Of a stretch of DNA of 35,346 bases, positions 1-11,754 are shown piece by piece (positions within the stretch are counted from its first letter, which is position 1; each line of letters starts with the position of its first letter). Source of the DNA: an uncultured delta proteobacterium (GTDB lineage: Bacteria > Desulfobacterota > Binatia > UBA9968); NCBI GenBank assembly GCA_963728565.1, contig CAVSLC010000027.1, positions 1 through 35,346 of the forward strand, written 5' to 3'. The translations under genes were made by a program, and so were the position numbers. Below the pieces are notes generated by a model that saw only the letters and a list, made by a program, of their open reading frames with translations, was not told the DNA's origin and made no database searches.

Positions 1-451
1 GCGCCGATGGTACGGTGTTCGCGTTGATGCTGCGGAGGAATGTTTCGACATCTTCTTGCGAAGAATTCGAAAAATCCATCTTTGCCTGAGGCGCTCCGCT
101 ACGAATAGACTCCTGGGTTTTCAGATAGGCCGTCCACGTCATCGCTATGGTAGCGTGTTTGTCGCCTAGGTAGGAGGGGCGACCCTTTACCAGGAAGTGG
201 TTGGCTTCGGCGGTGTTTGAGAAACGTCCGTCCTGCTCGGTCAACAGACCAGCAGTAACTAAGACATACAGGAGGAGACGCAATCGTGATGGACCCACAC
301 CAATGGCAGCGGCAACCTGCTCTGCAGTCAGCGGGCCGTCTTTCATCGGCGTGAATACATCAAGCTGCATACCGGAAAGCATTGCGAAAGCTCCGTTAGC
401 CGCAGATCTCAGCTTGTTAATCGTTTCGGGGCGAGGGGTTGAATCTTCCAT
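1..451 (-). CDS. SAM-dependent O-methyltransferase (family 2, dimerisation-domain N-terminus), runs off the window edge
   Basis: Hand translation from ATG at 451 (AAGG upstream): MEDSTPRPETINKLRSAANGAFAMLSGMQLDVFTPMKDGPLTAEQVAAAIGVGPSRLRLLLYVLVTAGLLTEQDGRFSNT..., the typical winged-helix dimerisation region of OMTs. Open to position 1. Not in the ORF track. Confidence 0.75.
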   Translation of the reverse strand, partial: MEDSTPRPETINKLRSAANGAFAMLSGMQLDVFTPMKDGPLTAEQVAAAIGVGPSRLRLLLYVLVTAGLLTEQDGRFSNTAEANHFLVKGRPSYLGDKHATIAMTWTAYLKTQESIRSGAPQAKMDFSNSSQEDVETFLRSINANTVPSA

Positions 452-510
452 GACGGCCTTTCTTATCAATGATCGTGCTCAGAGTAGAGAGAATATTAAC
501 GATCAACAGC

Positions 511-1050
511 TTAGTTAAACCTAAGCCATAAAAGAAGCGTCGGAGCATCTTCGCTCTTTGGAGATAACACAAACAAGTTGTCGTACTCTGCCTCAGGGAT
601 TTTTATCTCGACCGTGTGTCCCAATGCTGTGATCAGAGCTGGGACAGTATTGGCGTGGCCGACAAACAACACAGTATCTTCACGGTGCTGACTACGGAGA
701 AGCTCGACGAAAGTCGCCATATCCCTCGGCTCAAATTTTGTGCCGAGCTGCGGGAGAGGCTTCGGCTCGATACTCGAGGCGATTGCCAACGGCTCCGCGG
801 GGTTGACTGCCTGCTGCAGGTGGCCGGGGAACATCTGCGTCGATTTCAGCATCCTTCAGAACGCTAGCAAGTAGCGTCGCCCGTCGCTGCCCGGATTCGG
901 TCAACGGACGGTCGACCACTTCCTTCGATCTCACATCTTCTGCGTGTCGCACCAGGAAAATTCCCTGCTGCGCGTCGGCAAGTCGGACAACAGCGAGGAC
1001 GCTGCTACGCATATGATCTTGAGCATTGCTTTGTTCGAATACGTCTCCAT
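511..1050 (-). CDS. Histidine phosphatase superfamily protein (PGM/SixA-like), frameshifted, probable signal peptide
   Basis: ORF 731-1012 has IFLVRHAE and LTESGQRRA. ORF 511-852 has VLFVGHANTVPALI...YDNLFVL. The two join across an indel near 840. The start position is uncertain. Confidence 0.65.
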
Positions 1051-1084
1051 CCGAAAAAGGTTACTATTTTGGCGGCCACGTAAG

Positions 1085-1401
1085 CGTATGATCGGCTCAT
1101 CTCCACTGGCCGTTACGATCGCATCAACTTTGAGTCGAAGAGGTCAGCTGCGAAATCGTGGCATTGCTCAGATTTGCCATCTACGAAGCGCCGTCCAATT
1201 CATGTTCCGTCCCTAGATCAGCCGAGCTGCGCCTAAAGCCTTGCGGGAACGCTTCAGGGTTGACGTCCAAGCCAGAGCCTAAAGCCAAGTAGCCTATTCG
1301 GGGGACTTTCTTCAGTTCCTGCGCCTCAGATGAGGAGCAAAACATCAAAACCATTGCAGAGACGACGACTTACTGACGTTCGACTGCGAACGCGTTTTCA
1401 T
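1085..1401 (-). pseudogene. Truncated N-terminal remnant of an ABC_sub_bind (PF04392-type) substrate-binding protein
   Basis: Hand translation gives SEAQELKKVPRIGYLALGSG, then degenerate FVDGKSEQ..FAADL and LRLKVDAIVTASG. The C-terminal two-thirds are absent. The ATG overlaps the stop of the upstream paralog (ATGA at 1398-1401). Confidence 0.7.
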
Positions 1402-2393
1402 TTAATCACCTTGTCCGCGCGCGCCAGCACGTTGGGCGGAATCGTCAGACCGATCTGCCTCGCGGCAATCAAATTAATGATAAGCTCGAACTTCGCCGGC
1501 CGCTCGACAGGCAAATCGCCTGGCTTAGCCCCTTTCAGAATCTTATGAACATACGTCGCGGCGCGGCGATTCAAGTCTTAAAAGTTTACCCCGTAGTCAT
1601 AAGCCCGCCATCTTCCACAATATCTGATCTCCAGTATATCGCAGGCATCCGGCGATCCACCGCCAGCTCAGGGAATTGTGATCGCTGAGACGCGAGCACA
1701 GGCCCGCCGAGTAGTAGGAGTGCGTCGGCACGCCCTTTCGATGCGGCTTTAAAGGCACTCGCGACATCCTTAGCAGTCCGTACGTCGATGTAGTGAAGAT
1801 TGACTGCAGATGCCGCTGCGGCGAGTTCGGTTTCTCTAAAGCTTGCGCGACGCTCGGGGTTGTTGAGGTCCCCAGGACAGCAACGCGCGAAAGCTTAGGC
1901 ATAATTTCGTTTATAAGCTCTAGTTGCTTCCCGCTTATTCCGGGGAAGGGTGGACAGTCCCGTAATGTTTCCGCCCGGCCGCGCAAGGCTAGCGACAAAC
2001 CGGTTGAACCGGGTCCTGATCCTGGGTCATGACAATGGGAATCCTACTCGTCGCTGCGCGAGCGGGACCCGTTGTCCCCAAACCAGCTGTGACGATGACA
2101 TCTACTTTCAGACGCACTAACTCCTCCGCGAGAGCAGGTAGTCGGTCGAGCTTCCCGTCTGCAGATCGCCGCTCAATGACAATGTTCTTTCCTTCCACGT
2201 ACCCAAGTTCACGAAGCCCCTGGGCGAGCGCCACGTCAAGGGAAAGGGAGCCCCCGCTTAAATATCCTATACGGTAGATCTTCGCTGGTTGTTCGCCCTG
2301 AGCGGCTATGCAAAGCGGAAACAGCAAAACGCCCATAGCAAGGCTAACTGCTGACAAACACCGAGTAATTATTCGTGTGGTCACCTTCTCCAC
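1398..2393 (-). CDS. ABC_sub_bind family substrate-binding protein, multiple frameshifts (pseudogene or sequencing errors)
   Basis: N-terminus RIGYLSGG...[44 protein letters not shown], middle [21 protein letters not shown]-terminus [19 protein letters not shown] ending at 1398. Confidence 0.8.
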
Positions 2394-2653
2394 CTTAATT
2401 GCAGGACCAAACGTAAGAATATTTTTCGCCTACTCGAAGCCGCGTCCAACAGAGCAAACTAAAAGCGCGACTGGTTAGAAATCAGTCGATCCTAAATGGA
2501 ATGGCGAGGTAAAAGCTTGGAGCCTGAGCTCCTGGACCCCCGGCCTCCTGAGATTTGTTTTCCGCCTTTTGCGCCCGGTACTTTGCATCGCCTTTATTGG
2601 ACAGGTCCAGAACACGTTAATACATGGTCTTGAGGCGTGTTGCTTGCCGTAAC

Positions 2654-5600
2654 CTATATCGTGGCGGTTACCGGTAGCGTAAACGTAAACCTCGAGCCTT
2701 TGCCAACTTCGCTTGTCAGCCAAATTTTGCCGCCATGCAGCTCGACAAACTTCTTCGCCAGGGTTAATCCCAGTCCCGTCCCTTGGCTCTTGTGCTCATA
2801 GTCGTGCCCACCTGGCGAAACTCCTCGAAGATCCTGGGTTGGTCCTCAGGCGCGATACCGATGCCTGTGTCGGTCACCGAGATCTCTACATTACCATTAC
2901 TTTGTATCGCGTTGATCCCGATCCGGCCTCCCTCCGGGGTGAACTTCACCGCATTGGACAGCAGATTGAGAAGTATCTGCTTGATCTTGCGCTCGTCGCC
3001 GATGAAATCCCCGAGGCGCTCGTCAATCGCGACATCAACCGTGATTCCATGCCGGGTGGCGCGCTCGCGGACAAAGGTGCGCGCATTGTCTATGGCTAAA
3101 GGGAGATCGAATGGTGCCAGCTCCAGTTCCATGCGGCCGGCCTCGACCTTGGCGAGATCGAGTATCTCATTGATCAGTGACAAAAGATGGCGGCCGGAGG
3201 ACAGAATGTCTTCGGTGTATTCCGCCTGTTTCTCGTTCAATTCACCGAAGAGTCTTTCGCCCAATACTTCGGAGAAACCGATAATGGCATTGAGCGGCGT
3301 ACGCAGCTCGTGCGACATGTTGGCGAGAAATTCGGACTTGTGCCGGTTTGCGGCTTCGATCTGCCGGCTCTTGTCTTCGATCTCCCGGAAGAGCCGGGCA
3401 TTTTGAATCGCCAACACGGACTGGGTCGCGAAAGTTTTCAACAGCTCGATGACTTCGGGGCGAAACTCACCGGTCGATTTGCGCCGTACCACCAAGCCGC
3501 CGATGATGCGGTCTTCACGAAGCAAGGGGACGCCCAGGCTGGCGCGGAAACCGAATCGCTCCAGTAATTGCCTCATGCGCGGCGTGTAAGCGTGCTCTTC
3601 CAAGATATCGGGAACTTGAACGGGCTCACGGCTCGCTGCGGCTCGTCCCACCACTCCGTCTCCTAAACGTGGTGGATGGGCCCGCAGCGCAGTTATGAGT
3701 TCCTCTTCCATGTGATCGGTCGCCCGCAGGAGGAACTCTTCAGAAGACTCGTCGTACTCGTAAATCGCCCCGCCGTCGGTGCCGCTTAACTGAACCGCGT
3801 GGGAGACGATGCGCGTCAGCACGGTCTCCAAATCCAAAGTCGAGCTTACCGCTTGACTGACTTCGCCGAGGGCTCTTAGCTCGCCGACCGAGCGTGTCAA
3901 TTCATTGGTTCGCTCAGCCAACTCTTGAAACAGCCGCACGTTCTCGATGGCGATCACGGCTTGATCGGCGAAGGTCTTTAATAAGGCAATTTGTTTATCG
4001 GTGAACGGCCGAACTTCGGTGCGACGAACCCCAATCGCGCCGATGGCCATGCCCTCGCGCATTAACGGAACGGCAAGCATCGTGCGTAAGCCTTGTTGTA
4101 CGGCGTTATTTTTAACTCGCCAGAAGTCGTCTTCTACCACCCGAACATCGTGGAGATGTATCGTCTGCCGATCGACAATTGCACGGCCAATTACGGAGCC
4201 GCGGTCGAGCGGTCGGATTTCGCCGACCGCCCAGTTTGGTGCGTTGCCATATGCTGCGGCGATTCGATACGAGTTATCTTCGACGCGAATGATTGAGACA
4301 TCCGGTGTTCCACAAATCCGCGCAACATTTTCAGCGATGGTATCTACTACCGGCTGGATATCTGTCGGCGAGCTAGCTATAACGCCCAAGATTTCGCTCG
4401 TCGCCGTCTGCTGCTCCAATGCTTCTTTCAGTTCGCGGAACAATCGCGCGTTCTCGATCGCTATGACGGCTTGGTCGGCGAAGGTCTCGAGTAGTTTGAT
4501 TTGCGCCGGGGTGAAGAGTCGCACCTCGGTGCGACGTGCGATTAGCGTTCCAACGAGTTCCCGCTGCTGACGAAGAGGAACGATCAAAAACGTCCGAGCG
4601 TCGCCGCCGAAACCCAACGTTGGGAAATCATTCTGCGCTTGAACGTCGGGAACGTGAACGGTGCCATGCTCCCCTATCCTGCGGAACACTGGTGCATTGA
4701 TACTGACCTCTGTGTTCAGAATGGGTATCGGGCCGAAATGGGCCCGCGCCACCATGGCATCGCCCTCACGCAGCCGCAGCAGCACGTCATCGATACCGCA
4801 AACCCGCGCCGCGCTCTCGACGATGGCGTCGAGCACCGGCTGCACATCCGTAGGCGAACGGCTGATGATCCCCAGCACCTCGGCGGTTGCGGTCTGATGC
4901 TCTAAAGCCTCGCGCAGCTCTGAGTTGCGCTCCTGGAGTTCTCGGAACAATCGGACGTTCTCGATAGCGATCACCGCTTGATCGGCGAAGGTTTTGAGAA
5001 GAGCAATCTGCTTATCAGTGAAAGGCACGGACTTCCGTTCGCCGGATAACAATGGCTCCGATCGGTGATACTCTCGCGGAGCAGCGGCGACCGCCAGGAC
5101 AGTCCGTGTCCCTCCTGGCATCCCCTGACTCTGGCGTCTGGCGGAAATTCGGTGATCTGCTCCTGTAAATCAGGTATGTGGATCGTTTGCCGGTCAAGGA
5201 ATCGGCTCGTTCCATTCCGGGTTCGCGGACGGCTCGGTGGCCTCATCGCATCATGCGACACGTCTTAAACGAGTCTCGTATGAAATCCGCGAGCGCGAAG
5301 TATATTGTCTCCGCCATACGAATAGAATGCGATCCTTTGCCTCAGCGCAGCAGCGTACAGCATTTTCTGACAACCATGTCCAGTACCGGCTGAATATCCG
5401 TCGGTGAGCTGGCGATCACTCGGAGAATCTCGCTCGTCGCGGTCTGTTGTTCCAGAGCTTCCGTAAGATCGCGGTTACGTTCTTGCAGTTCTTTGAACAG
5501 CCGCACGTTCTCGATAGCGATGACTGCCTGGTCGGCGAAGGTTTCGAGGAGCTCGATCTGCTTCTCAGAGAAAGGACGGACCTCTGTACGGCGGAGCGCA

Positions 5601-8600
5601 ATCACTCCGATGGCGACATCTTCGCGCAGTAAAGGCGTGGCTAACATCGTGCGTATCGGATGCTGCGCAACGATTACTTTCCTCGCTGGAAACTCCGTAT
5701 CAACAACCGCAGACAAATCTTCAAGATGGATAACTCGCCGGTCTAGCACCACTCGCCCGACAACGGAATCCCGGTCTATCAGTCGGCCTTGTCCTCTGTA
5801 GTCGGAAGATGCCCAACCCGAATAGAACCATAATGAGCTCCAAAACGAAGCAAGTTCCCTTCAACCAATCGAATTGTCGCGTCCTCTGCGTTGCACACGC
5901 GCGCCGCGTTCTTCGCCACGGCGTCCAGCACCGGCTGAATATCGGTCGGCGAGCTGGCGATGACGCCCAAGATCTCGCTGGTAGCTGTCTGCTGCTCCAA
6001 CGCCTCTTTCAGTTCTCGGAACAGCCGCGCGTTCTCGATGGCGATGACGGCTTGGTCGGCGAAGGTTTCGAGCAGCTTGATCTGCGCCGGGGTGAAGGGA
6101 CGCACCTCGATGCGACGTGCGCCTAGCATGCCAATGAGTTCCCACGTTGACGAAGGGGAGCACCAAGGAACGTGCGAACCCCGTTGAGGACCCGAACCTT
6201 GGCAGATCGGTCTGAGCATGGACGTCCGGAATGTGAAGCGTGCCATGCTCCCGAATCCAGCGAATATTGCGGTCAGTCGATACTAGCTCTTCACGCGGCT
6301 GCTGCTATTGATACGGGACCATAATGAGCTCGCGCAACCATGGCATCTCCCTCGCGAAGACGCAGCACCACATCATCGATCCCGCAAACCCGCGCGGCGC
6401 TTTCGACGATCGCATCTAGCACCGGCTGCACGTCCGTCGGCGAACGGCTAATGATGCCGAGCACCTCGGCGGTTGCCGTCTGATGCTCCAGCGCCTCGCG
6501 CAATTCTGCATTGCGCTCCTGCAGTTCTTTGAACAGCCGCACATTCTCGATGGCGATCACCGCCTGGTCGGCAAAGGTCTCAAGCAGCTTAATCTGTTTC
6601 TCCGTGAAAGGCCGCACCTCGGTGCGGCGAATGATAATCGCGCCAATGGGAACGCCCTTCTCGCAGCAACGGCGCAGCGAGAAACAGTGCGCATTCCAGT
6701 ACGTGCCTGGCGAGTCTTGCATTCTGGAAATTCTGCATCTAGCTCTGCCGCAAGTCATGAACGTGTATCGTCTGCCGGTCGATAGATCGCTCGCCCGCCG
6801 GGCGAGCCGCGAGTGATGCGGTCGCCTCGTGCGACCGTAACCGGCATCGGGCCATATGAGCCGCCACCCGCTCAAGAAAATCACCATCGATGCGATGAAT
6901 CAGAGCATCGGTCGCGTCGCAGAGCCGGGCGGCGCTTTCTGCAACCATGTCCAACACCGGCTGAATATCCGTCGGCGAGCTGGCGATGACACCCAGGATT
7001 TCACTCGTCGCCGTCTGTTGCTCCAATGCCTCTTTCAGTTCTCTGGAATAGTCGCGCGTTCTCGATGGCGATCACGGCTTGGTCGGCGAAAGTTTCCAGC
7101 AGTTTGATCTGCGCCGGGGTGAAGGGACGAACTTCCGTGCGACGGGCGATCAGCGATCCAATGAATTCGCCTTGCTGACGAAGGGGAACGCCCAAGAAGG
7201 TCCGCAAAGCCGCTGGTAACACCCAACATTGGGAGCATCGCTCTGCGCGCGGGCGTCTGGAATGTGAAGCGTGCCATGCTCGCGAATCCAGCGAAATCTG
7301 TGGCGCATCAATACTGATCTCGACGCGGCTGATATCGATACCGGACCAAAATGAGCCCGCGCAACCAAGCGTCACCCTCTCGGAGTCGCAGCACCACGTC
7401 ATCGATCCCGCAAACCCTAGCGGCGCTCTCGACGATGGCGTCGAGCACCGGCTGCACGTCCGTCGGCGAGCGGCTGATGATGCCGAGCACCTCGGCGGTT
7501 GCGGTCTGATGCTCCAGCGCCTCGCGCAATTCCGCGTTGCGCTCCTGGATTTCCTTGAAGAGACGAACGTTTTCGATAGCGATCACGGCTTGCGAGGCAA
7601 AGGTCTCCAGCAACGCTATCTGCTTTTCGGTAAACGGCTTGACCTCCTTGCGGCGGATGATGATCACCCCGATGGCCGCCCCTTCTCGCAGTAGCGGCGT
7701 CACAAGAAAAGTTCGAATACTCCGCGCTTGGCGGTCTAGGCTGTCCGGAAACCTTTCTGCCTCCGCTTGAATGTCTGGAACGTGGATCGTCCTGCGCTGG
7801 AGCAAAGCCTCGTTGCCGACCGTGCGCAATCCCAAGGTTCTCCGTCCCGTTCCGCCGGGGGGAATAGGAATGGTTCCGAAATGTGCCGCCATGATCATCT
7901 GATCGCCTTCGAGCAGGCGAATAGCTGCGTCATCGGACCCGCACACGCGGGCTGCCGTTTCGGCGATAGTATTCAATACCGGCTGAATATCCGTCGGCGA
8001 GCTGGCTATGACGCCCAGGATCTCGCTGGTCGCGGTCTGCTGCTCCAATGCCTCTTCTAATTCTCGGAATAAGCGCACGTTTTCGATGGCGATTACCGCC
8101 TGGTCGGCGAAGGTTTCGAGAAGTTTGATTTGCGCGGGGGTAAAAGGGCGCACCTCGGTGCGGCGGATCAGTATAGCGCCGATGGAAACACCCTCACGGA
8201 CCAGAGGCGTTGCGACGGCGGTCCGAATACCGTGACTTCTAGCAAAGCGCGCGCGCAGATCGTCTTCGGAGACGCTCGCGAGGTCATGAATGTGAATGGT
8301 TTGCCGGTCAATGATGGCTCTGCCAGGTATCGATGCTCGGTCAAATGGCGGATTAGGAGCGGCCGCCAAAGACCCATAGTTAGCAACGGTCTTTAATGAC
8401 TCGCCCTCCACACGGCTGATCGAAGCGTCAGTAGCGTCACAGAGCCGAGCAGCGCTCTGTGCAACAGCGTCCAACACCGGTTGAACATCGGTCGGCGAAC
8501 TGGCGATTACTTCGAGAATTCTACTGGTCGCCGTCTGTTGCTCCAGTGCTTCAGTGAGGTCGTGGTTCCGTGCCTGCAAGTTCCTCAAATAGCCGAACGT

Positions 8601-9264
8601 TCTCAATGGCGATCACCGCCTGGTCGGCGAAGGTTTTTAGAAGAGCGATCTGTTTGTCAGAGAATGGCCGTACCTCGGTGCGCCGGAACATTGATAACGC
8701 CGATGGCAACACCTCCGTAAGCAAGGCACTGCAAGGAGCGTCCGAGTGCCGGTCGCTGCTGAAGATCTCTCGCACCGTGGATACTCACGTGTCGATCTCT
8801 TCAAGACGTCATGAACATGAATAGTTTGCGCGATCGATCAACGGCCCGCCCCATTGGCACGTGACGACTGATGAGCCGTTCCGGTCTCCCGTGACTGGCA
8901 CCGGGCCAAAATGAGCCACCCGCTGCATGTGATCACCATCGACGCGATGAATCACTGCATCGTAGGATTCGCACAGCTGCGCTGCGCTCTCGTGCAACGG
9001 CATCCAGCACCGGCTGCAGATCGGTCGAGCTGGCTATGAGCCGAGGATTTCACTCGTGGCTGTCTGCTGCTCCATCGCTTCGGTGAGCTGGCGATTAACG
9101 TCCTGCAACTCAATGGCGTACGCCTTCTCCCGCTCCAACGATTCCGCGAGTTCGCGCCGCACCTCGGCAATCGTTTGCGCTTTCTTGGATATCGGGGCTT
9201 TCACCGCCACACGGCGGGGTTTTACTTTATTGCTCTGAGAACCTTTTTTAATGTTCTTTGGCAT
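2654..9264 (-). CDS. Giant soluble sensor histidine kinase, 11 tandem GAF domains + HisKA + HATPase_c (~2200 aa when frames are joined)
   Basis: Eleven copies of the motif [16 protein letters not shown] (or variants) at ~8600, 8080, 7570, 7060, 6545, 6030, 5510, 4960, 4450, 3940 and 3400. H-box [14 protein letters not shown]-box [11 protein letters not shown]1 DTGIGI. G2 GTGLGL lies in a shifted frame ending FTLPVTATI* at 2654. No transmembrane segment seen. Confidence 0.85.
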
Positions 9265-9547
9265 AAGCAAAAGAGCGAAGCGGAAATATCGATCGGGGAG
9301 AAAAGTGCGTGGAGAGGATCGGGGTGCGCCGCGGAAACAGCTCCCCAGCGGCTCAGCTAAGTCTTACTTCAGGTGGGCTGGTGGCGTCAATCAAGAAATC
9401 ACCTCTGCGAGCATGGCGCACCGTCAGTTTGAGATCTGCGGTTTTTGCATCTTTGCGCCAGGATTTCGCATGGATCTTTGTTACCGCCAGACGCGCCTCA
9501 CTCCGGTACGCTGTGGTATTGGTCCGTTGAAGACGTGCCTTTGGGTG

Positions 9548-10532
9548 TCATTTAATTATCTGATCCGCCCGTGCAAGCAGGTTCGGCGGAATGGTGACGC
9601 CAATCTGTTGGGCAGTCTTGAGATTGATCGACAGATCGAATTTGGTCGGTTGCACCAGAGTTAAATCTTCCGGCTTGGCGCCTTTGAAAATTTGATCGAC
9701 ATATTCTGCGGCGCGGCCGCGACAACTCCGCCAGGTTCGCCCCATAGCTCAGCAGTCCACCGGCTTCGACAAAAGCGCTTCGATCGTAGATCGCCGGCAG
9801 CCGGTGCTTCAGCGCTAGTTGGGCAATCCTCTCGAGATTACTGCTGAACATGGCATCGGTGATGACCAAGAGAGCGCTTGCGCCTCCCTTGGAGGCTCTT
9901 CCGATGGCGCTGTCTAGCTCGCTGCTGGTACCGGCGCTGACCGATTGAAAAGCCAGCCCCGAAGAACGCGCTCCGAGTTCAGCATCCTTGAGGCTCCGGC
10001 GATGACCCGGATTATTCGGGTTTGCCAGGGCATTGATTTGAGAAGCTTTGGGAAGAATTTGCTTGATCAGTTTCAATCGATCGTCGAAAAAGTCGGCGGA
10101 CAATCGCGCCACCCCCGTGACGTTGCCGCCTGGATACATGAAACTCTTGATGAGTCCCGTCTCCACCAGATCGCCGGCGCCGGCGACAACTATAGGAATG
10201 GTGCTCGTGGCTTTCTTGGCGGTGACGGCAACCCGGGTGCCGCCAACCACGATTACATCGACTTTGTCTTCGATCAGCTCGCGCGCGAGTTGTGGCAAGC
10301 GCTCGATCTTTCCTTCAGCGTATTTGTATTCGATGACGAGGTTTTGTCCCTCGATATAGCCACGGCTGCTCAATCCCTGGCGCAGAGCTTCATCACGGGC
10401 CTCATTCATCGATGGTGAGCTTGAAGCCAAGACACCGACTTTCCAGATCTTCCCCGGCTGTTGAGCCTCTGCGAGTTGGAGCCAACCTAGAGCTAAGTTC
10501 AGGAATAGAATCAATAAGATATTTTTCTTCAT
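9548..10532 (-). CDS. ABC_sub_bind family substrate-binding protein (one frameshift near 9715)
   Basis: Signal peptide ending AEAQQ, then [25 protein letters not shown] and GGLLSYG. C-terminus [31 protein letters not shown] in ORF 9548-9745. Confidence 0.9.
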
Positions 10533-10652
10533 GTTCTTCCGGTTCTCGCCTCCATCACGTGCCTTCCCTTCGTCATCTTGTTATCTCGCCGCAGGCTGCC
10601 TAACAAGAATATCGCCGTACATTCGTCGCCGGATTCCTACATCTTCTCACTC

Positions 10653-11690
10653 CTATTTCGACTCCAGAATCTGTTTAACTCGCTTGACGATGGAGGGCTC
10701 GATCTCATACAAGCCCTTCACCATCTTCTCAATGCCGGGTCCATCGATTGGGTCAATCTCGAGCTTCGCCTTTTCTGCCTCAGCCTTAAGCTGAGGATCT
10801 TTCACAGTATCGACGAAGGCCTTCTGCAATATTCGCACGCGCTCTTCGGGGACTTGCTGGCGGAAGCGAATAGAGCCTTTGTTTGCCGTAAAGCTCGCTG
10901 GCGATTTGAAGGAGCTTTCTTGCCTTCGTCGGTCTTGGCGTAATCGACAGCGACGAGGGACACCCTTCAGCTCGGGATGAGATTCGAGCATCGTCTGCAG
11001 CACAACATGAATCTGTCTTGCCTTCAGCGCGTTGGCCCAAGTCACCTTCGCCGATTGCCATCCAAAGGCGCAGGTTCCATCGACTTCGCCTGTTTCCGCG
11101 GCGATTCTGATATCGGCGGTACCCTTATAGCCCTCGATCAGCTGCATGGGAAAACCTGTGGCGGCGGCGAGGAGCTTGGTATCATCGGTTCCGCTGGTGC
11201 CGGGGCCGATCGCCCCCAGCTTGACCGGTGTTTTCGCCTTGCGCCAATCCTCCGCCGTTTTTATTCCGCTGCGTTCGGTCGTGATGCATATGAGCGAATC
11301 CGCCGTCGGCATGCCGAGCCAGCCGAACTTGCGCCCGTCGAATTGCACCGCGGGATTACCCATCAAGTGCTGCAGAATGAGCGGACCGGACCAATGCCCG
11401 ATGACGGTTCCATCGCGAGGAGCGCTGTTGAAGACGAAATTGGCCGCGATCAGCATGGCGGCTCCGGGCATATTCTGAACGACAGTGGACGGTTTGCCGG
11501 GAACGTATTGAGAGAAGTAGCGCGCGATCAGTCTAGTGTATGTATCGTAACCGCCACCGGCGGAGCCACCGACAATGAACTGAATTGCTTTGCCCTTGTA
11601 GAACTCCTCGACCGAGGCAGCAACCGCCGACTTGACCAGCGATCCCGAGATAAAGACAGCAAGTAAAAATCCACAGAGTGCTTTGGTCAT
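10653..11690 (-). CDS. Tripartite tricarboxylate transporter substrate-binding protein (TctC/Bug family)
   Basis: FYKGKAIQFIVGGSAGGGYDTYTR, VVQNMPGA, GYKGTADIRIAAETGEVDG. A garbled segment at ~10860-10955 is caused by compensating indels. Confidence 0.9.
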   Translation of the reverse strand: MTKALCGFLLAVFISGSLVKSAVAASVEEFYKGKAIQFIVGGSAGGGYDTYTRLIARYFSQYVPGKPSTVVQNMPGAAMLIAANFVFNSAPRDGTVIGHWSGPLILQHLMGNPAVQFDGRKFGWLGMPTADSLICITTERSGIKTAEDWRKAKTPVKLGAIGPGTSGTDDTKLLAAATGFPMQLIEGYKGTADIRIAAETGEVDGTCAFGWQSAKVTWANALKARQIHVVLQTMLESHPELKGVPRRCRLRQDRRRQESSFKSPASFTANKGSIRFRQQVPEERVRILQKAFVDTVKDPQLKAEAEKAKLEIDPIDGPGIEKMVKGLYEIEPSIVKRVKQILESK

Positions 11691-11696
11691 GACCTA

Positions 11697-11754
11697 CCTC
11701 CGGCAGATTTGTCTATTCTGCCGGAGGCTAAGTTGCCCGTGGGGTCAATGTCAA
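11697..11754 (-). promoter_or_regulatory. Sigma70-like promoter of the TctC gene with an overlapping 11-bp perfect inverted repeat covering the SD
   Basis: Minus strand reads TTGACA (11754-11749), an 18-nt spacer, then TAGCCT (11730-11725). Palindrome CCTCCGGCAGA-9nt-TCTGCCGGAGG at 11697-11727 includes GGAGG 6 nt before the ATG. Confidence 0.55.

Noticed and set aside
201-518. 105-aa plus-strand ORF
   Set aside because: It is antisense to the O-methyltransferase on the minus strand, which has recognisable family features.
2713-8824. Numerous plus-strand ORFs with repeated motifs (e.g. [15 protein letters not shown])
   Set aside because: These are antisense shadows of the GAF kinase repeats.
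3400-9060. Regularly spaced DNA repeats that could suggest CRISPR or a DGR template/variable pair
   Set aside because: The ~515-bp period corresponds to protein GAF modules. No cas or reverse transcriptase gene is present, and I noticed no adenine-specific mismatch pattern.
9270-9400. Possible structured 5' leader or riboswitch of the kinase (GGGGAG/CTCCCC pairing)
   Set aside because: Only short complementary stretches, with no recognisable riboswitch consensus. An Rfam search would be needed.
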